This document shows positions 25,163 to 32,000 of a stretch of 32,000 nucleotides of DNA, one piece after another (within the stretch, counting starts at the first letter, position 1; every line of letters begins with the position of its first letter). Origin of the DNA: Planctopirus limnophila DSM 3776 (lineage in GTDB: Bacteria > Planctomycetota > Planctomycetia > Planctomycetales > Planctomycetaceae); the NCBI RefSeq assembly GCF_000092105.1, contig NC_014148.1, positions 5,010,001-5,042,000 on the forward strand, in the 5' to 3' direction. The notes under the pieces are model-generated. The model ran no database searches. It was given only the letters and a program-made list of their open reading frames with translations, and was not told where the DNA came from. A program made the translations under genes and the position numbers.

Positions 25163-25285
25163 AATTACAGGAGAACATCCTGAAGCAAGTGATGTTTCGA
25201 AGCGTTACCCATTGTCATATGGAAGATTAAATCATTTAAAACAAAAAAGAATTGTCTTCCTGCTTAAAATCTAGGTCCGCAATCG

Positions 25286-28200
25286 CTACGGCACAAACGA
25301 AAACTCTTTACTGTTGAGCAGCACATGGGCGAGGTCGCGCCAGGCGGGGGATGGGTCGTTGCCGCCGTACTCTTTCGTCTGTTCATCGACGAATTCGATT
25401 GCCTCGCGGGATTCGGCTGAGGTTGGCGGGCGACCATAGGCGGCGAGCCACAAGGCTTCGACCCTTGAGGCGGGCTCAAGTGTTTTCGTCTGCTGGGCCG
25501 CTCGATCGGCTTCAGCAAGAATCAAAGGATTATTGAGCAGCACGAGTGCCTGAGCAGGAACATTACTGGTGGAGCGTCTTCCCATGGTGGTGAATGGCGT
25601 CGGGAAATCGAAAGCCAGAAAGACCGGGTTCAAAAAGTTTCGCCGCACACTCAAATACAAACTTCGCCGACCATCGCCATCGAGTGGGCCAGATTGCCCT
25701 GGACGCCCCCGACCTTCCATAAATGGGGTCAAATGAAGCGGGATGGGTGGGCCATACATCGTCCTGTTGAGGCGGCCTGAAAAAGCCAGAATCGAATCCC
25801 GCACAGCTTCCGCTTCGAGTCGCCGGGGATTCATCCGATGCAGCAGAATGTTCTGTGGATCTTTCGCCTCGACTTCACCGATGGCCAGATCGCTCGATTG
25901 CTGCCATGTCGCCGAATTCAGAATCAGGCGGTGAATATGCTTCAGTGACCAGCCCGACTGAATCAGTTCACTGGCGAGCCAATCGAGCAGTTCAGGATGC
26001 GAAGGGGGTTGCCCCATCTTGCCGAAGTCATCCGGCGTCGGAACCAATCCTCGCCCGAAGTGGTAATGCCACAGTCGATTCACGATGACTCGCGCCACCA
26101 GCGGGTTGTCAGGGCTCACCAGATTCTCAACGAGTTCGAGCCGCCCACTCCCGTGATCAGGTGCCTTGATCTTCAGTCCACCCAGAACTTCCAGTGGTCG
26201 ACGAGGCTCGACAGGGCCGGGCTTCTTGTGATTTCCCCGCAGCAGGACATGATCATCTTCTGCGGTACCATCGGCCATAGCGAGAACAAACTCGGGCTCG
26301 GGAAGTTGGCTCATCGCCGCCTGCCAGCGGGCCTGCTGCTGCTCGACTTGCTGCCGCTTCAATTTCCAGGCAGATCCTTCTGGAAAGAGTTGCTCATTCT
26401 GGACGCCCGCTTGCCAGAGATCACGCAAAGCCTGCGCGAATGGGATCGAAGGAAATTCGTCTTTCTCTTGACCACCACCACTTTGCCACCATGCGGCATA
26501 TTTAGCCGCCAGTTGCTCGGGTTCGACAATCGCTGGATCATTGAGCCAATCCAACATCATGGCCGGTACATCGTCAACAGCTCGCGGGCCATCAGTCACT
26601 CGGACTTCATCAACAGCGATCCAGCCATCGGCAGCTTCATCGACAATTTCGAGATAGATCTTGCTCCCCATCGCCCGGGAGAGATCCAGCCGAAACCACC
26701 GCCATTGACCGTCGTTGGGAACATTCAAGGTGAACGATCCATAGAGCGGGTCTTTAATGAGTTGAAAGCCATCCATAATGACATGGACTTGCCCATTTTT
26801 GATCTGCCTGCCGGGTTGTGGCGGCCCGCCCAGCCGGGCGACTCGAAGATCCAGATAACGATGCTTAAGTTCAAAAGTGGGTGAACTGAGTGACCCAATC
26901 AGCTTTCGAGAAACTGCACCGGAGTGAGCCGTCCCTGCCTCCTGAAGCGAAACTTCCCCTTCACCGGGCCGCCCGTCATCAATCAGGAGTGAGTTTTCAT
27001 TCAACGAAAACGCTGCTCCGGTTGTGATCCAGTCGTTGTAAGTTCCCGGCTCAAAATCAGCCAGAATTGTGGCAGCTTTACGAGCCGCCTCCGCCTGCTC
27101 TTGTTGAATTTTGAGGGTACGGGCCATGCTCTGTTTTTTTGCGGCAAATTCGTCTTTGTTCGTAAGAAATCCCAGCTGCAGCCAGGCCGAGAGCCAGTCC
27201 GTCGGATGGGCCATTATCCGCTTCTGATGGCGAGTCGTCATCGCGCTCAACCACCTGGCCGGCTGATTGAACAATTCCGGCTGAATCTCCAGGATCGCTT
27301 TCCATCGTCCATCGTGATGCCGGGCGGCATCAGTGATCATCGCCTCATAAGTGCTGACCGGAACTCGATTCGCGACATCCCGCCGGCTGCTTTGCAGATA
27401 CCCCGCGAGTGCGTAGTAATCGCGAATCCGGATAGGGTCAAACTTGTGATCATGGCAGCGTGCACAGGCCACCGTCATTCCCAGAAATGTCTTGCTGAAG
27501 ACATCGAGTTGATTGTCGACCGTATCGCACTCTTCCGAACGGATATCGACCGGCGAATGCTTGCCTTGAGACAACCACCAGAAGGCCGTTCCGCAGATGG
27601 ATTCATTCAAACCTGTGGCGGGATCAAGTCGTGGTTGCGGCAGAAGGTCGCCCGCAACATGTTCGGCGACAAACTGGTTGTAAGGGACATCGGTATTGAA
27701 GGCTCGAATCAGATAATCACGATAAGGCCAGGCATAGGGGATTTCGTAGTCGAACTCGTGGCCGTGCGTCTCGGCATAACGTGTCAGATCCATCCAGTGC
27801 CGGGCAAAGCGTTCGCCGTAGTGAGGTGAATTCAGATAATGATTCACCCAATGCTGCCAGGCATCCGGGCGAACGTCGGCCTGGAACTCGGCGATTTCCT
27901 GGGCAGTGGGTGGCAGCCCCGTGAGATCGATGGCCAAACGCCTCAAACGAGCCAGCGGTGCGGCCTGAGGAGCATGTGACAACTGGGCCGATTCCAGCTT
28001 GGAGAGCACAAACTGATCGATGGGATTGTGAGCCCAGCCAGCCTCTTGAACCTGAGGGACTTGCGGTCTGGTGATTGGTTGGAACGACCAGTGCTTCGCT
28101 CGCTCTTCAAAATTGAACTCGGCTGCCGTGCCTTTTTCGGCAGGAACATCGCCAGCGGGCCACGGCATTCCCAGCTCCACCCAGCGAGTCAGATCGGCAA

Positions 28201-28618
28201 TGGCTTCTGCGGGAAGCTTCCCTTTGGGAGGCATCTGATAACCATCGGCTTCGTATTGAATGGCCTCGATGAGCAGGCTTTCCGTGGGCTTTTGAGCGAC
28301 TGCGGAAGCCCCCGATTCACCGCCTCGCAAGATCGCGTCGCGAGAATCGAGCCTCAAGCCAGCTTTCTGCTGACTGGCTCCATGGCAACTGTGGCAGTTC
28401 TCGACCAGGATGGGGCGGATCTTCTTTTCGAAAAACTCGATCTGCTCTTGCGGAAAAGTGGGTGCCTCACCAGCGCTTGTCGCCGGGCTGCCATAGAGCC
28501 ATGCGAGCGACACGCCGAAGATCACAATTGACTTGAAACACCAGGCGAATTGGCAGGTGGTGGGAAGAGGCTGGGGCATGTCACATCTCGGCAGCAGTGG
28601 AGGCTCGGCAGGGATCAT
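25286..28618 (-). CDS. PSD1-type protein: planctomycete cytochrome c domain + DUF1549 + LamG-like insert + DUF1553
   Basis: Haem-binding ILVENCHSCHG near the N-terminus. NPIDQFVLSKLE is DUF1549-like. CARCHDHKFDPIRIRDYYALAGY is the DUF1553 block. ATG at 28618; an alternative ATG lies at 28579. Confidence 0.9.
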   Translation of the reverse strand: MIPAEPPLLPRCDMPQPLPTTCQFAWCFKSIVIFGVSLAWLYGSPATSAGEAPTFPQEQIEFFEKKIRPILVENCHSCHGASQQKAGLRLDSRDAILRGGESGASAVAQKPTESLLIEAIQYEADGYQMPPKGKLPAEAIADLTRWVELGMPWPAGDVPAEKGTAAEFNFEERAKHWSFQPITRPQVPQVQEAGWAHNPIDQFVLSKLESAQLSHAPQAAPLARLRRLAIDLTGLPPTAQEIAEFQADVRPDAWQHWVNHYLNSPHYGERFARHWMDLTRYAETHGHEFDYEIPYAWPYRDYLIRAFNTDVPYNQFVAEHVAGDLLPQPRLDPATGLNESICGTAFWWLSQGKHSPVDIRSEECDTVDNQLDVFSKTFLGMTVACARCHDHKFDPIRIRDYYALAGYLQSSRRDVANRVPVSTYEAMITDAARHHDGRWKAILEIQPELFNQPARWLSAMTTRHQKRIMAHPTDWLSAWLQLGFLTNKDEFAAKKQSMARTLKIQQEQAEAARKAATILADFEPGTYNDWITTGAAFSLNENSLLIDDGRPGEGEVSLQEAGTAHSGAVSRKLIGSLSSPTFELKHRYLDLRVARLGGPPQPGRQIKNGQVHVIMDGFQLIKDPLYGSFTLNVPNDGQWRWFRLDLSRAMGSKIYLEIVDEAADGWIAVDEVRVTDGPRAVDDVPAMMLDWLNDPAIVEPEQLAAKYAAWWQSGGGQEKDEFPSIPFAQALRDLWQAGVQNEQLFPEGSAWKLKRQQVEQQQARWQAAMSQLPEPEFVLAMADGTAEDDHVLLRGNHKKPGPVEPRRPLEVLGGLKIKAPDHGSGRLELVENLVSPDNPLVARVIVNRLWHYHFGRGLVPTPDDFGKMGQPPSHPELLDWLASELIQSGWSLKHIHRLILNSATWQQSSDLAIGEVEAKDPQNILLHRMNPRRLEAEAVRDSILAFSGRLNRTMYGPPIPLHLTPFMEGRGRPGQSGPLDGDGRRSLYLSVRRNFLNPVFLAFDFPTPFTTMGRRSTSNVPAQALVLLNNPLILAEADRAAQQTKTLEPASRVEALWLAAYGRPPTSAESREAIEFVDEQTKEYGGNDPSPAWRDLAHVLLNSKEFSFVP

Positions 28619-28700
28619 TTGTCATACGCGACAAAGCCCTTCGATGCAACGAAAATCCAATCCGCTCGGCGACCTGATCAGGACAATAGTCAGCGATTCA

Positions 28701-30491
28701 TCAATCCTCATCTCGTACGCTGAATTCGAGTTTCCACTTCCCTTCGCTGCGTGTGCTGACACACCAGAGTTCTAACACTCCAAGTTCGGTGATCTTGGAG
28801 TGGAACTTGACGGGGACATAGTGCTCCTCGGCCGAATCCCCTGCTGAAAGCATCGTTTCCAGTGAGTCGGTTTCTGAAAGATCATCGGGCGACCACGCTG
28901 TCAGTCGACTTCCCGCACGATCATCCTTGCGGACCGATGAACTGAAGAAGCGGAACTGTGCGGGCTGGCCCACAATCAAGCCAATGGGGTCGGAAGGGAC
29001 ATCCACCTCAGTCCCTTCTTCCATCCCAAATGGCACAACGCATAACGCGCGCAAAGGCCTGGGAGCCCCGGGAACAGCCAGCCCTGCTGTTTCAATTCCC
29101 ACATAGTACGAGCGGGCTGTCCCACCACGAATGCGAACCCCCCCATGCTGCTTGGCCCAGCCGTAATAGGCCGCACCGCGAGCGACTGCATGATCAAGAT
29201 CTGGTTCCCCTGCCAAAGGTTTTACCGGGGTGGCCGGATACCAGCTTCCGAGAACCTGAGCCAATCGCTGAGCCAGCGCAGGAGCTTTGAAGACACCACC
29301 ATTCAGCAGCAGATGAGTGGGCCCCGTCGAAACACCGGCAGCATGTGTCGCCAGAAAAGCCGTCACATGCCGGGTAATGCCGGTATCGGTTTCATAGGGC
29401 AATCCCAGTTCCTGAAAACCCGATTGCCGACGTTTTTGCGGCAGGCTATCCAGCGAACATTCCGGGAAGAACCCATCCGTCAATAGCTGTGCCACAGCGG
29501 CTCGATCCACCTCGACACTCACGGCACCGCCAATCAGCTTGCTGCCCCGTCCTTTGATCGAGATGGTGTGCGTTTTGGGGCCATCAGGGGCCAGCAGCAC
29601 TTCTTTAGCCTGCCGGCAGGTATGCCAGAGAGAAATCGATTGCCACGGATCGAGTTGTACCCCCTTGGACTGAAACAATTCCGCCACATGAAAGGCCAGT
29701 GCCAGATCCATGTTATCGCCGCCGACCAGCAGATGGTTTCCCACGGCCATCCGCTGAAGAGAAAGCTCTCCACCTTCTTCAAGCACCTGCACAATGGTTA
29801 AATCTGTGGTACCGCCACCCACGTCACAGACGAGAAGTGTTTCCCCCACCTTGAGTTGCTTGCGCCATTTCTCTCCCTGGCTCGTCAGCCAGGCATAGAC
29901 AGCAGCCTGTGGTTCTTCAAGAAGAATCAGCGAATCAGGTAAACCCGCGGCAAAAGCCGCTTCACGAGTCAATTCTCGAGCACTGGCATCAAACGAAGCG
30001 GGGACAGTCAGCACGACCAGTTGTTCGCTGATCGGCGCATCGGGAAACGCCTGCTTCCAGGCACTCACCAGATGCTCAAGGTATCTCCGGGAAGCGGTGA
30101 CCGGCGAAATCTTCGTGACATTCCCCGTCGTGCTCTCTTCGCTTCCGACCGGCAGCAGGGCTTGATGACGATCCACCTTGCTATGTCCCAGCCAGCTTTT
30201 GGCGGCCATGACCGTTCGCTCGGGGTAATCGGCCGACTGCCGGCGAGCCAGTTCGCCCACACTGAAATCGCGATCTTTACTCCAGGGAACATCGAGCGAA
30301 CCAGGAGCATCATGTGGCCCCGCACAGTACAGAAACGACGGCAGTGAAGTGCGTGCTTCCGTTGTCTGAGGCGCGACGAGTTGTGGAATCGGCAGCAGCC
30401 CGACATCTGGCTTTTCATCACTCAGACGAACGTAGGAAACCACACTGTTGGTTGTTCCCAGATCAATGCCGACGGCAAATTGATGTGCCAT
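28701..30491 (-). CDS. Atypical Hsp70-family ATPase (HscC/YegD-like, no helical lid)
   Basis: Actin-fold motifs VGIDLGTTNSVVSYV and LLVCDVGGGTTDLTIV. A shortened beta substrate-binding region is present (YYVGIET...). There is no DnaK-type alpha lid or acidic tail. GAGGAAAC RBS. Confidence 0.85.
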   Translation of the reverse strand: MAHQFAVGIDLGTTNSVVSYVRLSDEKPDVGLLPIPQLVAPQTTEARTSLPSFLYCAGPHDAPGSLDVPWSKDRDFSVGELARRQSADYPERTVMAAKSWLGHSKVDRHQALLPVGSEESTTGNVTKISPVTASRRYLEHLVSAWKQAFPDAPISEQLVVLTVPASFDASARELTREAAFAAGLPDSLILLEEPQAAVYAWLTSQGEKWRKQLKVGETLLVCDVGGGTTDLTIVQVLEEGGELSLQRMAVGNHLLVGGDNMDLALAFHVAELFQSKGVQLDPWQSISLWHTCRQAKEVLLAPDGPKTHTISIKGRGSKLIGGAVSVEVDRAAVAQLLTDGFFPECSLDSLPQKRRQSGFQELGLPYETDTGITRHVTAFLATHAAGVSTGPTHLLLNGGVFKAPALAQRLAQVLGSWYPATPVKPLAGEPDLDHAVARGAAYYGWAKQHGGVRIRGGTARSYYVGIETAGLAVPGAPRPLRALCVVPFGMEEGTEVDVPSDPIGLIVGQPAQFRFFSSSVRKDDRAGSRLTAWSPDDLSETDSLETMLSAGDSAEEHYVPVKFHSKITELGVLELWCVSTRSEGKWKLEFSVRDED

Positions 30492-30579
30492 TGAAATCCG
30501 TTTCCTCGAATAAAAATCTCATGGATCGTCGAGCCGAAGTCCCGTCTCGCGATCTGTTAGTCGCTCATGCCGGTTAGCG

Positions 30580-31071
30580 TCAGATGCGGATGGGTTTGCC
30601 CAGTTCACGACGCAGCGGCACAAATTGACCCGCATGCATCAGAGGATGATTGGCGATGAGCACCACAATCGATCCGACAGTGGAAAACATGGGAGGAAAT
30701 CCGGATGGCCCCGGTTGATCGAGATCTGCTTCTGTCATCGACAGAAAGAGTTTTCTGGCAGCCTCATTCACACGATCAAACAACACGAAGTAATCTGCCT
30801 TGGCGAGATAAGCCGGTGTGACGCCGCTTTCAAGAGCTGCTTTGGAATAGGCCTTCGAGAAGCCCTCAGGGAGTTCCATACCACTCCCGGGTTTAAGGCC
30901 TTCCAGCATGTGATTGGCTGAACTGATCAGATGCCCGAGTTGCCACGCAGCGCAATGGCAACCCGGCCCTGCGGGTAATAGAAACTCTTCTTCGCTCAAA
31001 TCATCCAGGTACGTTTTCAGTACCATGGAACTCATATTCAGGCTCTCGACCGCGATCTGCATCGCCTGCAT
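30580..31071 (-). CDS. DinB-family (four-helix bundle, metal-binding) protein
   Basis: His triad context AAWQLGHLISSANH ... ANHPLMHAGQ. The length is 163 aa. Confidence 0.8.
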   Translation of the reverse strand: MQAMQIAVESLNMSSMVLKTYLDDLSEEEFLLPAGPGCHCAAWQLGHLISSANHMLEGLKPGSGMELPEGFSKAYSKAALESGVTPAYLAKADYFVLFDRVNEAARKLFLSMTEADLDQPGPSGFPPMFSTVGSIVVLIANHPLMHAGQFVPLRRELGKPIRI

Positions 31072-31215
31072 GATTTCTCTCCCCGAATTCTGATCTCAGG
31101 GAGATGGCTCGCTAAAGCCGATAGTTTCTCCCTCACGGAGAGTTTAGCGTTCCAACCTGCGGGAGGCACCCAACCAGCCATGGTCGATATTCGACACACT
31201 CCGGAAGTTCAATCA

Positions 31216-32000
31216 TCAAGCCCAGTGTCGCTCTGGCCGTGAGCAGAGCAGATTGGCTTCGGGATCATTCACGAAGCTCTCGCTCACGGGGTCAAAAGTC
31301 AGCTTACGCCCCAGAATCCAGGCAATCGCTGCCGCATGGCTGGCAATGTGAGACCGCCGCATGACATCCGGATTCGAGGCTGTCTTGCCGCGAGTGCGAA
31401 TGCAGTCGAAGAAGTCTCGGGCATGCACCGAAACATCCAGCCCCTTCACCCGCTTTTCCGCAGGTGGTTGATCTTTGGCCAGCGCTTCTGGCTGAACAAC
31501 CAACTCTCCACTATCGCCCGTTTCGACCCAGCCTTCATCGCCGATAAAGCGCACCGGGCAGGTCCCTAAACGGGTAATATATTGTGGCGAGCGTTCTCCA
31601 AAAGGAGTTTCGAGGAAATCAACAATCAGCTTCACACCATTGGCATAAGTACAGACGATGGTTTTCTCCTGCGGCTCATAACTGATCGGCATGGTGTTAT
31701 CCGCCTGATTGGCCCACTGACACAGATCAATCGTGTGAGCACCCCAGTCGAGCAGTCGGGCTCCGGAATCAAAGTCCCATTGGCCACGCCAGCCACCATC
31801 GACATACTTCTGATTGAATGGTCGCCACGCCGCTGGCCCCAGCCATAAGTTCCAATCCACTTCCTGCTTGGAAGGTGTCTTCTGAGCTGGCAACCACGTG
31901 TTATCCAGCACAGGAATATAGACCGAGGCATGCATGGTGTGCAGCTTGCCGAGCTTCCCCGTATGAGCCAGTTCGACCGCTTTCTGGAAGTTGGGAACAC
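31216..32000 (-). CDS. Gfo/Idh/MocA-family oxidoreductase, C-terminal part (5' end lies right of the window)
   Basis: The ORF track starts this gene at Met 31935. I checked the same frame codon by codon and it has no stop from 31936 to 31998. That stretch reads ...VPNFQKAVELAHTGKLGKLHTMHASVY, the typical junction of the Rossmann and C-terminal domains. Confidence 0.8.
   Translation of the reverse strand, partial: VPNFQKAVELAHTGKLGKLHTMHASVYIPVLDNTWLPAQKTPSKQEVDWNLWLGPAAWRPFNQKYVDGGWRGQWDFDSGARLLDWGAHTIDLCQWANQADNTMPISYEPQEKTIVCTYANGVKLIVDFLETPFGERSPQYITRLGTCPVRFIGDEGWVETGDSGELVVQPEALAKDQPPAEKRVKGLDVSVHARDFFDCIRTRGKTASNPDVMRRSHIASHAAAIAWILGRKLTFDPVSESFVNDPEANLLCSRPERHWA

Overview
This 32-kb window looks like a Planctomycetota chromosome. 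The evidence is a prepilin-type DUF1559 protein, a PSCyt/DUF1549/DUF1553 (PSD1-type) giant protein, a formylglycine-type sulfatase and a Hanks-type kinase fragment. I support about 26 coding regions. I found no rRNA, tRNA, CRISPR array or intact mobile element. The left part holds housekeeping genes: HAD phosphatase, M28 peptidase, leuB, a PduO-type adenosyltransferase and an XylR-like regulator lying divergent to a DUF1559 gene. The middle holds an FtsQ-like POTRA protein, several orphan genes and an S9 peptidase-sulfatase operon. The right part holds PSD1, a lidless Hsp70, DinB and a truncated Gfo/Idh/MocA gene. The best candidate for an undescribed system is the translationally coupled gene pair at 5304-8815. 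Read by eye, it packs PilM+PilN into one protein and PilO + two Ig-like repeats + a PilP/GspC-like domain into a second, with no secretin, ATPase or pilin gene beside it. The second candidate is an AT-richer accessory patch at 19.83-25.29 kb. There, a 148-aa gene and its decayed, internally deleted twin bracket a 3-kb cargo block that begins with a possible transposase remnant. Several non-coding structures are also reported: phased repeats that copy a gene's stop-codon region, a 100-nt structured element, nested hairpins and a 660-bp C-rich spacer. All functional calls come from motif reading by eye; no searches were run. The ORF track translates GTG/TTG starts as M, so several 5' ends are uncertain.
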